From the NCBI RefSeq assembly GCF_035594765.1, contig NC_085846.1, positions 19,517,190-19,581,189 of the forward strand: a stretch of 64,000 nt of DNA, given 5' to 3'. Each line of letters starts with the position of its first letter. The first letter of the stretch is position 1. The translations under genes were made by a program, and so were the position numbers. Shown in pieces: positions 12,401-25,800 of the stretch. The notes below the pieces were generated by a model. It was given only the letters and a program-made list of their open reading frames with translations. It had not been told where the DNA came from and ran no database searches. This DNA is from Anolis carolinensis. Lineage: Eukaryota.

Positions 12401-14880
12401 TGATTTGGGGGCCAAAATTATGACTTTTGATACAACTAATGGTTAAGTCAAGTGTCTTTCCATGGAGCGGTGAATTAACTTCCCTCCCCCACGCAGCTGG
12501 GGGCAGGAAGTGCTTTGCCACCCCCACTGATGGAGAGACAATTAGCTCTCCATAAAATAGCTCCAGAAGGAGTATTATCTGGAGAGTGGAGCTGCAGTTG
12601 TTACCAGATGCCCTCTGAGTTCAGTTCAACCAGCAAGCTGATCCACTCACCTGCCCAGTAACAGTATAATTAATAGTTTGCCTTCGGGGCTGAGTAGGAA
12701 TTCTCCACCCTCCTCTGTTCTAGTGGGGCTTTTTGCCTACCATATACTGTTCATAAAAGGGCAAATTGGGAAGGTGCAATTTTAAATAGGACACATGCAG
12801 AAAATTGCACGGAATTGCACTATGTTTGTGTGTAGGCCAGGAACGGAAACCCTCCCCTGTGGTTCAAATAACCAAGGTGAGGGTGAACGGAAATGGCCTA
12901 GGAACGGGAGAGTCTGGCTTCAATAAATCATTGGGGAAGATTTCTCCATTACATTTCCCTTAGTGGTCGCCCAGAATTATTTCAGCCAAGAACCCAAGTG
13001 TTTCACCCAAATTAGCCGAGGAGTAGGTCTGGGGTGGCCGCTACTTTGGCTTTATCCACACCAAGTTCAGGCCACACTTTAGAATTATCTACAAGTTATA
13101 AAATTTAATTTGGTAATATTAATAAAAGTTGCCCATAGTATAACCCATATTTGTTGTATGGTCTCGTTATTTCGGGGATTGGATAGCAAGCACCAATGCC
13201 ACAACAAGGGGGGCAGCTGCCTTGGCCACCGCTGCTATTTTCTGCCCAGGGATTCAAAAAGGCAAGAAGTGGTACTATGACAGAAAGAGTAAAGCCTTTT
13301 GGTGCTTCTTTTAGGTTCTCTCGGGGTGGACTAAAATCTCACCTATCATCACTTTACTCAGAGCAGCAGATGGTTCCTTTTTTTGATAGTAATAAAGGTA
13401 CAGTACTTACTTTGACCCCTTGATAAGTCAACCCAGTCTTTTGGGTTGATTTTTCAACTTAAATTTCTAGATTTATTCATAGGTATATACAGCACACAGG
13501 TTTCATTCTTACTGTATATGTATAAAGGCTTCAATAGGAAGCAAAGTATTTGATGTTAATTCTATAACATTATCAGTGGTCATTAGAGCAAACCTGTTAA
13601 TGCACCAGCTTTAGCTTTCCAGTTCCTGGCATCATGAAGTTTGAGATAGCCTTAACATGTCAGAAAAATACAGGGGTTTTATTACTCCACTCATTTTTTT
13701 CCTTGTGTAATATCAATATGTGTTGTATGGCATCAAATTGTGCTTTTTTGTGCATTGCTCTGAGTCCCCTTCAGGGTGAAAAGCGCAGCATATACATATG
13801 GCAAATAAATAAATAAAAATAAATATTCAGTTACCTGTGGAATTTTGTAGGTGCCCAAAAGAGTAGCCATATGAAAGGAGATTTCTGATTCAAGTCCTCC
13901 AATTACTGCTATCAAATTCTTTCTTGTATCACATTTGTAGTTAGGGACAATTCTTTCTGGGCTGGAAAGAAGTTTCAGGATGTTCTGATGAGTTATCCTT
14001 GCACTTCTGTAACTATCATAGATCTCAAAACCCAAGCTTACATTTGAGAGAATGTTTGGGTTCTCATTGATTTCCTTTACAGCAAATTCCAAGGAAAGGA
14101 CATGCAGATAGTTCTTTGGTGTTTGCCTAAAGCAAAAATTATATTATACATTAATTCATGTATAGTATGTATATGCCACAGTGCAGCCGAAAGATTTTTA
14201 AAGTGGCTAACATAGGAAAGACATTCATTGCAACCTTTCCTGAAATTGTTTTGCGTGTTTCAGTATATTATCATAGCAATCTATATTTTTAAAATGAAAT
14301 CTACAGATCTTTAATAAAACTGAGAGAAAAATAAGCAAGAAGAGATAAATCAAATTACTGTAGTCTTTCCCAGCTTTTGGCCACATTAATATTCTAAACT
14401 TAAAATGAAATAATAAAGAAGTAATGGAACAGAGAAATATGTAGAATTTAGAATAGTCATGAAGTAAATCATCAATACAAAATTATTCAGAATAAGAACA
14501 TACTTTTATAATCAGTTATAAAATTTGAATAAGACAAAAATAGTCATATTCACACTGGTTTGGGAGATATACAGTAAGTGCTTGTCTGTTGTATTCATTA
14601 TATGATCTGTCTATTCTACATAACATTATAGAGCAAAATTATTTCCTTACGCAATTTCATCCACTTTACTTGTTATGGGATGTTCAGTGAAAGATACTTC
14701 CTCAAATATACAGATAAACTGAGTAGTAATTGCTCCAATTATGAAATCTCCTATCTGATAATACTTTGCTGGGAGATAAAAGGGATCAGTTATGGTACCC
14801 GCAAGGGAGTGTGAAATGCATTCAGTAGGATGCATCTGCAGCCAAAGAAAAAGCAGCATCAGAAGAAACACCTCTGCCAT
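2536..14880 (-). CDS. V2R-A: vomeronasal type-2 receptor (class C GPCR), complement(join(2536..3476,6668..6794,8658..8873,11384..12235,13835..14126,14651..14880)), about 885 aa
   Basis: Six GT-AG exons total 2658 nt with an open frame. Signal peptide, Venus-flytrap motifs (NPNILSNVSLGFEIYDS, QLLLHFQWTWVG, YSIYNAVYAIAHALH), nine-Cys domain and 7TM ([24 protein letters not shown]). Confidence 0.93.
3941..4236. mobile_element. Non-autonomous DNA transposon with CAC...GTG termini (Chapaev3-like)
   Basis: Imperfect terminal inverted repeats (TIRs) CACAGCCCAACA / TGTTGGATAGTG; TTA on both flanks (3-bp TSD). Confidence 0.55.
4923..5213 (-). mobile_element. Sauria SINE, 5'-truncated
   Basis: AAAGGT-type tail on the plus strand and a recognisable Sauria core (GTCCGTAGACACCTCCAAGGTCATG, GATCTACTCACATTTGCATGTTTTCGAAC). 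Confidence 0.8.
6668..6794 (-). CDS. V2R-A exon 5 (127 bp, cysteine-rich domain)
   Basis: VQPTALCNENCHPG...PFCCFDCVPCANGKFSDRK; not in ORF track, read by hand. Confidence 0.92.
7263..7871. mobile_element. Non-autonomous hAT element
   Basis: TIRs CAGGCATGGGCAAA / TTTGCCCATGCCTG; perfect 8-bp TSD ATCTACAA (7255-7262, 7872-7879). Confidence 0.88.
8658..8873 (-). CDS. V2R-A exon 4 (216 bp)
   Basis: [16 protein letters not shown]...FDLINWVTFPN...WHMNFNQ; AG/GT flanks. Confidence 0.92.
9180..9595 (-). mobile_element. Short non-autonomous RTE-clade-derived retroelement
   Basis: 11-bp TSD AGTGTAGATGC (9169-9179, 9596-9606); short tandem GCCTAA tail; 5' motif CCACCTTGCCGTGGTGAGGGGGCTTG resembling RTE/BovB 5' UTRs; no ORF. 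Confidence 0.6.
9872..10009. mobile_element. hAT-type MITE
   Basis: CAGTGGTTCTCAA TIR, internally palindromic; TSD CTATAAAG/CTATAGAG. Confidence 0.8.
10528..10943. mobile_element. Tc1/mariner-superfamily MITE (copy 1)
   Basis: TIRs CC(A/G)TGTTTCC..GAAAATAAGAC, TA on both flanks; closely similar to 46471..46888. Confidence 0.88.
11384..12235 (-). CDS. V2R-A exon 3 (852 bp, Venus flytrap)
   Basis: IAYSVLAP...FYRMVPNE...NLQPWQ; in frame with ORF 11351..12172. Confidence 0.93.
13835..14126 (-). CDS. V2R-A exon 2 (292 bp)
   Basis: KNYLHVLSLEFAVKEINENPNIL...YKIPQ; TTTAG acceptor, CAG|GTAA donor. Confidence 0.93.
14651..14880 (-). CDS. V2R-A exon 1 (signal peptide, N-terminus)
   Basis: MAEVFLLMLLFLWLQ...YYQIGDFIIGAITTQF; phase-2 donor GC|GTAAG. 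Confidence 0.88.
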
Positions 14881-15345
14881 TTACAGGCAAATATTTATAA
14901 TATTCACTTTCGGTCTTCTACCGTCAGCCTGCATGCAGCACCTTTCCTTCAGTGGCTCCAGATTCTTTGGATATTGGGAAAGTTGTATGGATAAGGAAAA
15001 TACAAACTTGTCTATTCACATTATGTTCCCCGAGACTTGAATACTACAGGAATATCTTATATATACTATCAGAATGTGCTATTGATTTCAGCCTTGGAAA
15101 ATACATCTGGGGTTTAGTGTAAGAGAAAATGAATACTGATAATTGTTCCAATTATATCATAAAAGCCATATCCTTTGGAGTAATGTGTTTTGCGAAAGAC
15201 CAGTTGAAGCACAAAAATAGAGGAAAACATGTTTGTCATATCTTTCCATAGCATACAGAGCAAAACAACATGCATGTATTCTTGGAAAGATAGGCCATTG
15301 CAATCCGTTGACCTTACTTCAAGTATGTCTGCTCTGCAAGTCTAA

Positions 15346-15565
15346 GGATGCATCTGTACTGTAAAATTAATGTCATTTAACAGTGCTTTAACTATCATGG
15401 CTCAAAAGTGTGGCTATTGGGAGCTGTAGTTTTACAAGGTCTTTAGCCTTCTCTGCCAAAGAGTTCTAGAGCCCCACCAAACTGAAGTATCCAGGATATC
15501 ATAGTATTGAGCCATGTTACTTACAGTGGTGTCAAACTGGATCGGTTTTACAGTGTAGATGCATT
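15346..15565. mobile_element. Palindromic MITE (CATCT...AGTGTAGATG family, probably PIF/Harbinger)
   Basis: Long imperfect inverted arms; related copies at about 8975-9179 and 56685-56850. Confidence 0.55.
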
Positions 15566-16244
15566 TCAAGTTCTGAAGTCATGAAAAAACATTATTTGAA
15601 TTAGTCCCATCAAAATTATTGAGGTTTTCTTGTAAGCACACATAGTATTGCACAGAAAAGGAAACATGGATGTTGGCCCTGTGCGACTACTGCCATATGG
15701 AAAAGAATCAGAGCAATATAATATGTTCTGCATGGATGGAAAAAGTTTTAAAAGCTGACCTGGGTATTAGAGGAATCATCACACTCCTTGATTCGTATTG
15801 GTATATTTGAAAAGCCCACCAAAATACACAGGAGTTATCAAGAAGGCTCATGAACAGCTCTGTGCTTTGTTGCAAAAAACATATGTACACCCAGCTTTCC
15901 CTTTGATCCTCGTTTTTTGGTGAGCTGATATAGAATCATATAATAAATGCAGATATACTGCAAACACAACATGCAGGCAGATACTTTCACATTTAGCCAA
16001 TGATCCTTGGAACTGATAGAAATGCGTAGAGCTGACAGCCAAAATTCCATCTCAGAGACTCTTACCTGACATTTCACAAATAAAAACTGCCAGGAGCCAA
16101 AGAAAGAGATCAGTGAAGAAGCCAAAGGCACATCAGCCGCTCCCACTGCTCCCTATTCATCTAGGACCTCTTCACACAGGCCCAAATTCGGTGGTGGTGA
16201 AGGGTGTTTTGTACTTTCACCACAGAACCCAACAGCTCCCATCA

Positions 16245-16495
16245 CATGGGAGCACAGGAGAAGTCCCAGTAGATTGTAGGAGGGCAAATGTGGTTCTATC
16301 CTGGGCCGATTCTGTTCAACATTTTATTAATGACTTAAATGAAGATTTAGAAGGCATGATCATCAAGTCTGAAGATGACTCCAAATTGGGAGGGATAGCG
16401 AATACTTCAGAAGACAGGAGCAGAATTCATCTTAACAGATTAGATGGGCTGAAACTAATAAAATGAAGTTCAACAGGGACAAATGCAAGATACTT
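16245..16495 (+). mobile_element. CR1 LINE ORF2 (reverse transcriptase) fragments
   Basis: TGEVPVDCRRANVV and FINDLNEDLEGMIIKSEDDSKLGG (degenerate FADD), MKFNRDKCKIL. Confidence 0.75.
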
Positions 16496-19400
16496 TTGGA
16501 AGTGGGGGGGGGGGGGCTGAAAACAGGACCCAAAATGGCACGGGGTTTTGCCATGTCCCACACCCCTACTGGTAAATATTATTCTCTAAAGCACATAGTA
16601 CGCCTGATCCCAAACTTCCTTGAATCTTTCCTCAAACCAAAAATTCTCCATCCATGAATCATCCATAAAATCACCTTTTCCTTAACTCCATTCTAATTGC
16701 AACACTTTCAAAAGCATACGCAAATAGCTGTTCTCCTCTGGCAACCTACATACTTTAGCCTTTTAACTGATTCAAACCTTTCCTTTCCTATTCCTTTGAT
16801 TTAACTACTGTCCTTAAGACTTTTATTTGCACTTTTAAACTTTACACTTTTACTTGTTTCTTTTCCTATTCCATCCAACAATGAATCCATCTCCCCTGGA
16901 CATTTATTTTTTATAGAATGGGGACTTTCCTGTTCCCTCATCCTCAGCTTTTTTTCTTAAGTTTGATCTAGACCTTTCTGCTTTTCCAGTTAGCCATACT
17001 GAGCATCTACCTCACTGCTCTATGTAACTCTAACACATTTCTGTTTTATGTTAAGAAATCACTCTGCTTGCTATGCCAAATATGTCATACTCTGTCTTCA
17101 CTGTCAGAAATCCTGCTAACTATGCCAAATATGTCATGAATACTTTTTAAACATTAAAAATATTCTTTCATTCCATTCTCAGTGAGACAGAGTATATCAG
17201 GCACCTTACTGAGAAAGAAGTAGACACACACAGACTATATATCACTACATTGGTTACAAAAACAAAGGGGATATTACATTACTCAGCATTCACACACATA
17301 TAAACATTCACTCCACATGCATACTTTCCATCCCTTCTTCAATCTCCTGGAGAAGAGAACCAAAAGTGGGCCAAATTGTGTTCACAAATCTGCCATTCTC
17401 CAAATACACCATCCTCTTCTGTCCCCTGGAGAAAGCGGTGGGTCATCAGACTCTGCTATCTGCTACATTTTTGGATAGTAAAAGGGTCTCTTATATTGCA
17501 ATTTTTTGCTGTAGTTGTACCAAAAAGTTGTAAATGACTGATAGGTTGTTTTCCACCTAAAATAGGCTGATTCTATCAGTTTCAGACAGATGTCAGTTTT
17601 CCTTCTTAAATAGGGTGCATTGTATTTGCTTCCTTAAATTAAAGAATCATTGTTTTTGACTATGTAAACATGTTGTTTTCACCTCAAGAGTTAATCATTG
17701 TCTATGGTCATGTCAGCAGTTCAGCAGTTCATGAATTCTTTACCTTTTTTCAGTTTTCCATAATGCCATTACTCTTAGGATGGTGTCTTCAGTTTTTGCC
17801 AGAATCCAGTCATACACCTTTCATTCAGTTTCATTGAATCCACATATCATATTTATCACATTCTCAATAGAAAGGAATTGAGACCCTGCCTTCCAGGCCA
17901 ATCCACAGTAGGTAGCGTGCCCAAAAATGAACAGATATGAATGCACATGGACTTCACAGACCATCTGGATCAGACCTGGGCAGACTGAAACAACTCTTGA
18001 AAATACAGTTAGATGTAAAACTGTCAGTACACTATGAGTAAGACTGGAAAAGGATAACAACATTGCAATTAGACCATTGTGGTGGGCAGCTCCAACTAAT
18101 CCACCTTTGGTAATATCATGAATTGATAGTGCATAGACATCAGTGTCCATCAGAAACCATTAAACCTCTCTATCAAAGCACCTAGACCTATGTGTTATAA
18201 TTGTCCTAAATCACAACATTGCTGGTATGTGAAATAAGTTAAAATGGGCCCAGTCAGTGAATACATTAATACACTTATTTGCAAAGATGTAATAGATCTC
18301 CTCCCTACAAAGTCTTTACTGCACTGTCTAGAACTGCAAAACCATTACAGTTGTACTAGGGGATCAATAAATTATACAAAAATTAGTAATTCTGATGTGA
18401 CAAGTTTTACTTCTTTTAAAAATTCAAAATTTGGTATGCAGTCAGCTTATTTCATGGGTAGAATAGCTTCACCAGTTTGTGGCCCTCTTTTCTCTTTAAA
18501 GCACTCATACATTCCCTAAATCTGTCCTCTGGAGCAGATGTTGTGGTGGTATTGGGGCATTTAAAAGTGGAATGATGAAGGAAAACTTTTGTATGTGCAA
18601 GTCTCGTTATGTCACATTCGACAAAAAGGTCATTCAGGTATTCTAGGGTTTCCTCAATCATCCATTTGTTCTTTGTCTAGATCTTTATTTAGACATTGTC
18701 AAAAGATATAAAAAACATTTTCTCTTCTGTCGCATAACTTAGTTCTACAGGTTTATCATACTTGGTCATACTAAATCCATGTACTCCTACACTCATTAAG
18801 AAATAGAAATTAAGAAATCTCAACAAAAAAGTAAAACATTTCTCTGAGTCCCCTTGGGGAGATAGGGTGGGTTATAAATAAAATTTATTATTTATTATTT
18901 TTACACTTCTGTGCATTCAAAAACAATTTTCACCACACTTAAGGATGTGACCTTGAACACTGTAATTATCTCATAATACTAGAAATTAAAATTACCCTTC
19001 ATCATGTTAGTTCTCTGTAAATTTTCTGTCATCTTTTCAGTTATCTATAAAAAATGGGCAATTGAAAACAAAAGAGACAAGAGGACAGACAGGATTATGT
19101 AAGTTAATCTTTTATTTTGCCATAAAAATGTAATACCACTGAAGATGAGTGCTATATTTGGGACCTCAGGATCTTCAAGGGCTGTTTGCTCTGCACTTTA
19201 AGGAATCAATCCAGAATGTAATTCCGTGACTAATACAGGGGTTGGAAGACGTGATCTTCCAGACCACATTACATGAGAAAATCCTTGGTTCAAAAATGGA
19301 TAACAGCATGCATAATATAAAGAGAGAATTGATATGAAAATGCCTAGGAGGAAATATGTGTATTTTATTAAAAAAAATGTATGATAAATGCTTTTACCAG

Positions 19401-19634
19401 GAGAAATTATTGAAAAGTGATATTTTAAGAAAATACTTTAAATAATATTTTACTTTGATTTTTGCGTACATATTTTTAAACGTTGAACTGATGTAGGATA
19501 GCATAAGATAGATTTATGATTGAATGCAGGCACATCTAACTTTTACCAGTTAATATTAATCTGATCTGTTCATATATACTGTTTAACAACAGTTAACCAA
19601 ACAAACTTTGAATTTCTCATTAGAGTTACATGCC

Positions 19635-19858
19635 ATGGAAGGTTTCCTCCTGATACAGGCTCTGTTTTGGATAGTATTGCTGCCTACAACTGAATGCACA
19701 GGACTCACTGCAAAGTGCAACATGGCTGATTTATTCCAGATCCCATACAAATACAGTGTAAGAGGAGACATAATCGTTGGAGAGATTACTACACAGTTTG
19801 AGAGCATATTTCAAACAATGTCCTTCAGTCAACACCCCAAGTTGATAGACCAACTCAT
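19635..19858 (+). CDS. V2R-B exon 1
   Basis: [16 protein letters not shown]...[13 protein letters not shown]; AT|GTAAG donor. Confidence 0.9.
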
Positions 19859-22800
19859 GTAAGGAAATACTTTGTTTTTCTGCTATGTATATTAACAAAT
19901 CGAAACATATCTTTCGAATATATTCCTCACAGTTTAATCTTCCTAGTTCTTTCTGCCTTTCTCCTTGTACTTTTACAGTAAATGCCAATACTAATGCAGT
20001 AACAACGTATTTGAGAGAAAGGGTGATGGTGGTGGTGTCCATCTGGACAGGGCTTCAGGCTGAATCTGGCTCAATTAAGCTATCCAGGCTGCCCCAAAGC
20101 CAAGGTTACTCCAGTTTTAAGCAAACTTTGGCTAACCCCCTGACTTCTCCTAAAGCAGGGCAAAGTTGGTTTAAAGTGTGCATGCTGAGGAGGATGGGAT
20201 GCTTACCAAAAAGCCTATGCCAATAGTCTATTTGCAGCGAGTACAGGGTTTTTGGCTCATGTAGACAAGTCTTTTTTAACAGGAAGATTTTTAAGGATAT
20301 TTGCTGGGAACTGGTGGTTTTTTTTGTTCTTAATACCATGTGTGTTCACCATCCTTCATCTCATCAGAAGCCAAATTTCATTTCTCCTTTAATAACACTT
20401 TATCCAATCCCATTCTTCCTTTAGTGTGTTTATTTATTCATTTATCACTTGTAGTTTTACTAGAGGCATTTCTTTTTACTTTCCATCTGGGTTATGTGTT
20501 TTCCTTGCATCAGAAGAGCTGAGAAACATTCAATTAAAGATGCCAAGAGTTGAAACTACAACTCCCCCCCCCCCCCTTCCAGTCTAAAATTGAGAATTGG
20601 GGAAAATTGAAGAATTTGGAAAATTTGCAATATTCAAAACTGTGATTTTTACATTACTATTGAAAGGGAAACAACTCCACATGCTCTTCATCACAATTTT
20701 GGGTTTTGTTTTGAATTGATTTTATGGGACAATCAGTATGTATTTTTCCTAAGAGATCAGTGGATTTCTCTTTGCCTAGCTCCACTTGTTGGCCTTCTTA
20801 TTGTTTGTAATATTATTTATTGTTTATTATATAGCCTAAATAATTTTAAATATATGACATTAGTAAATGTTTCCAAAGGACTATATCTCTGCAAACAATA
20901 TAGTTCACAAAGTGGCATTTTCTGAAAAATTATTTTGGCTGATGCATCCTAATATGTGTCTGTCTAGCTTTCATGTGTCTTGTAGTATAGTGGCTTATCA
21001 TTTATTTAAAGCTAGCTATGCATATTAATATAAGGCTATTTATTGCGTGCATTATATTACTCTTTCTTTAGTGCGAAGACAAAAAATTACCAACATGTCC
21101 TTGCTTTGGTCTTTGCGGTGAAGGAGATCAATAAGAATCCAATCCTTTTACCAAATATCAGCCTAGGGTTTCATATCTATGACACTTTCAGTGCTAGGAT
21201 GGCTCATCATAACACGTTGAAGCTTTTATCTGCTCAAAATAGGATTGTTCCCAATTATATCTGTGACAGACAGTATAATCTGGTATCCGTCATTGGAGGA
21301 CAAAGTTCTGAAATTTCTCTTCACATGGCTACTATCTTAGACATCTACAAGATTCCACAGGTACAATGAGTATGTAAACCATAGAATTTTTCATTTAAGT
21401 AAAAAAAAAAGTTTAATAATTATTTGATACATTCCAACAATTAACAAAATTTTTGCGATGCATGTCTTATTTCAATATACATAATACCAAAAGTAACGAT
21501 CCTTTGAAATGTATCACCCACCCCCCTACCCTCCCCCCGTTCCCCCCTCCCGCCGGAACAGCAATTCAATATATTATCATTGTATCATTTTAACTGTGTG
21601 GAACGCCTGGTTCAAGGTGGTGTATTTTTCGTCTCCATCTATTTTGTCAATTAGGACTGACCATTTCCTGAACAACTCTTGTTCTTTTAGGCTATTTGTA
21701 TATTTTCTTTTCCTTTGATTAATGAAATCATTAATTATATATTCTGATATATAAGACCACCAAGTTTCTACATGCCATTTAAGTTAAGTTTTTATTTCAT
21801 TGATATTTTCTGGACTTTCTGTCTGTCTCTTATGTCTCATTTGGAAAAAAGAGAATCTGGATGGGGAATTCTTAGGGTATTTAGTTAAAGCATGGCAGGC
21901 GGAGATATAAGCCAATATATACTATAATTCCTGTCTAAAAGTGGGGTTTTTTTTCATTTTAGATTGGCTACTCCATTTTAGCACCAGTGATTGGTGTTAA
22001 AGAAAAGCTCCCTTCCTTCTACCGCATGGTCCCTGGTGAAAAATGGCAGTACATGGGAATTGTTCTTCTCCTTCTGCATTTTCATTGGACTTGGATTGGA
22101 ATCATAGCATCACACGATGACAAAGGAGAAAACTTTGTGCAAACAATATTGCCAATGCTTTTCCAACATAAGATCTGCACATCTGTGATTGAAAGGACAC
22201 AATCTATAGCAGATATTTTAGAGAATTCCCAGGTATTACATGACATCTTAGCTATTGCAGATTCGCTAACCAGTTCTACTGTCAAAGTATATATCGTAAA
22301 TGCAGATTTCATTACTGTATCATGCTTGGAATGGCTGATATATCTTTATGAAACAGTATCAGGCATTATACAGTTATCGAGAGGCAAAATGTGGCTTATG
22401 ACAGCCCATTGGGATTTTTCATCAGACATGTTTCACAGAAATTTTGATATACGTGTCTTCCATGGTGCCTTGTCTCTGGCGAGTCACTCAAATGAGGTGC
22501 TGGGATTTGCAAAATTCTTGAAGGAACTCCATCCTAACTCGCCAAAAGGAGATGGCTTTATCAAAATAATCTGGGAGCAGGCATTCAACTGCTTGTTTTC
22601 TGATTCTGAAGAGGCAACAGAGAATAATATTTGTACTGGTGAAGAAAAACTGGAGATGCTCCCTGGAACTTTTTTTGAGACGAGCATGACTGCCCAGAGC
22701 TATAGCATCTATAATGCAATCTATGCCATAACTCATGCTTTAGACAAGATGCTCTCATCATCTACATCTAAACTCAAAACAACAGCAAATAGACGTAGAC

Positions 22801-25800
22801 TGCTTGCCCAGAATCTGCAATCTTGGATGGTAATGTTTCTAATTGTACAGATTCTGCCATGTCTGCTCTAGCATCTGGTTTTGAGAATCTCAAAAAACCA
22901 AAATTGCTACAGAAACTATTGCATGCTTACCGTAGTTTTATGGCGATCACATGCAATCCCCCCCATTTCCAGACAGTTCATAGATAAAGCAACGGTTCAA
23001 AGCAGATATATGGTAGTGCAAAAGGGGCCATGGGTTGCATCATATGACACAAGAGGACCTCTGCCTCCTGCCCATACTTCTTCGTCTGTGAACTGTCTCT
23101 GAAGTGTAGGGAAACAGGGGGAACTGGAGCTAGTTAGAAAGTATCTTGTGAGCTCTTGATGCATGTAGAAATGTGAGAAAGGAGGGGAAAACACATGGAA
23201 TGGGATCTGTCAAATTTGCCCATGTTGAATCGCATCAGCGATGTGGAGTAATGGGAGTTCCCCTATCAAGAATTGACATTTTTATCCCAAAATATTTCTT
23301 CATGAGCTTGGCATGGAATTTTTAAAAATTCATTTACTGATAATTAGTAGAAATACCACAATTTTAAGATATCACCACTTTGTTTTCCCTGTTATTTCTC
23401 CTTCACAGTAATCTTGGCTTTTGAAATTGCACTACTACTAACCTTTTAATTTTGTTTTCCCTTTTTTAACCAACTACAGTAGATTCTAGTGCCTAGTGCA
23501 TTTTAGAGTTCCTCCATTGAGAGTAAGGAGATTGGGAGGGAAAGGAGAGAAGCTCAGAAAAGAAATGTCTGCCATAAGAATGATGCCTTCTTTCTCCTCT
23601 ATGAATGGTTGAGCTAGAAGTGGAAGGGAGGCGATCCTGTATGATGGAGTTAAGTACATTCTCTGTCTTCTTTAAAGACGGAATCCCATACAAAGAAGAT
23701 GATTCTACATGCAAGGAAGAGAATTTTCTTTGCTTTCCCCCATTTTCTCCAGTTCCATCTGATCAAGTCTCTAGACTTGCATGGAAGACTCTGTGCCTTG
23801 TAGAGGTGCGCAATTCAGCTGAAAGGCATGCCATTTGGGGGTCCATTTTTGGCTAAACTCTCATCCTGTTTACCGGGAAGTTACTCGAATCGGGAGAGGT
23901 GTTGCCATTTTCATTCAGCAAAGACTTGGCCCATTGGCTACAATGGGAAAATTTAAAGGCTCAATCCTCTGTCACTTTAAGGCCTATCTGTATGAAACAT
24001 ACTTCAGTTTTAGACCCCATTTACAACTGCAAACCTGCCAAGTTTCAAAACAATTAATGAATCTAGTGATATTTTAGAATTATTTTAAGTTTTTACCCTA
24101 ACTTTTTTTTAAATAAGACAAATAGCAAGAGAGGGTTCTGGGAATTGTAGTCACTAGTTGTGTCCATTCTCAGCCAATCAGAGAATGGACACAACCAGGC
24201 TTTTTATTGGCTGAGAAACAGAGAAAGAGAGAGAGAGAAACTTCAACTCCCTTCATGCTCCGAGTGGAACTCAGAGACTTTTCAATGCCTGCCCCATGCA
24301 AGTGCTGCTGGGAAAGCGAGTTCCCAGCAGAGCCCTCTCTGGAGGAGGAGCCTAGGAAACTTTCCAAAAAGAAATGGACGGACGCTGCTGCTGCCGGGGA
24401 AGGAGAAAAAGACACTGCAATAATCCCATCTTCTCCAGGAGCCCCGCAGCAGACCTCTGCCTCAGGTATATTGCAGACTTAACTCCATCCTCTGTAGGAA
24501 TCGATAAAATTCAGCTCCCTTAATCCGTTTTGGTCAGCTTTTCAGTTCCCTCCTCCCAATTCTGTTTTTGAAAGTTATACAAAATGGACCAGACCACCGA
24601 ATATTACATATCATTTTAGTTCAAACTGTTTTGGGCTCAAGCCTAGAGCCTTGCAAACTATTAACTTAATGGTGTTTTATTATGGTAACTTGGTCAATTG
24701 GGTTTTATCTTTTTATCATGTTGTTAGCTTTATCTTGTTTTCACCTTGTTGTAAGTCTACTTTGTCCCGTGTTGGGGGGGGGGGGGGATAGAGAGAGAGA
24801 GAAAGGAAGGAAGGAAGGAAGGAAGGAAGGAAGGAAGGAAGGAAGGAAGGAAGGAAGGAAGGAAGGAAGGAAGGAAAATGAGAAAAGGGCTGCGACAGCC
24901 ATTTTGACTCCCAGAGAAAACAATATCTAGGATCCCATCTGCACTGGCCATTTAATTCATTTCAAAACTAATGTCAAACTTCAGTGGCTATATAACAAAC
25001 GGATATGAAAGCAAATGAAAATAGCCCTAAATTCACATCAGTGCTCTGTGGTTTGTATAATCACTATCTTATCCTTAAATTGGTTCCAGTATTTCCTATG
25101 TAATCACCTACAAAGCAAAACCACTTCAATACCACTTTGAAACCATTTTAAACGGTTACTGTTGATTTGCCCTGAGTTTATATTTATTGTTGCATTTCTT
25201 CCAGTCACTTCCAACTTATAATTAACGTAAGGTGAACATATCATGGGGTTTTCTCTGCAAGATTTGTCCAGAGGTAGTTTGTCATTGCCAGTTTCTGAGG
25301 CTTAGAAAGTGAAATTGCCCAAATCCTAATCTTGAAGTCCAACACTCAAGCCACTGTACTAGTCAACATTTATTCCAAGGTTTGCCATTGCTTTCCTCCA
25401 AGGCTAAGAGTATGATGGTATACCCCTTTAATATTAAAAGTATTTCTAAATCACCTTTTTAGCCTTTAGATTCTCCTCCCCCATCACAAAAAATATTCAA
25501 AAGACATTGATATGAAAAATGTTGCAAATAAATTTAAACACCCATTTTCAGAAACCAAACATCAGAGAGGGGTAATGATTTTTAATTACTCACAAGAACT
25601 TCAGCAGAAATGACCCCAGCCTGACCACTTGAGCAGCAAAAGAGATTATAATTTTGACATGGTCATTGTATCAAAACATTTCAGAAACCATTTCCCTGAA
25701 CATGTTTGAAAGTTTCTAGGGGTGTTTATTTCTTTGGATTTTAGAAAAGATGAAGAATGAGTGGATGGGATAACTTACCTTTAGACCTCACTAAAATAGA

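Noticed and set aside
21420-21780. Possible L1 3' end on the minus strand
   Set aside because: The G-rich tract and weak Trp-containing translation are suggestive but too degraded to support a call.
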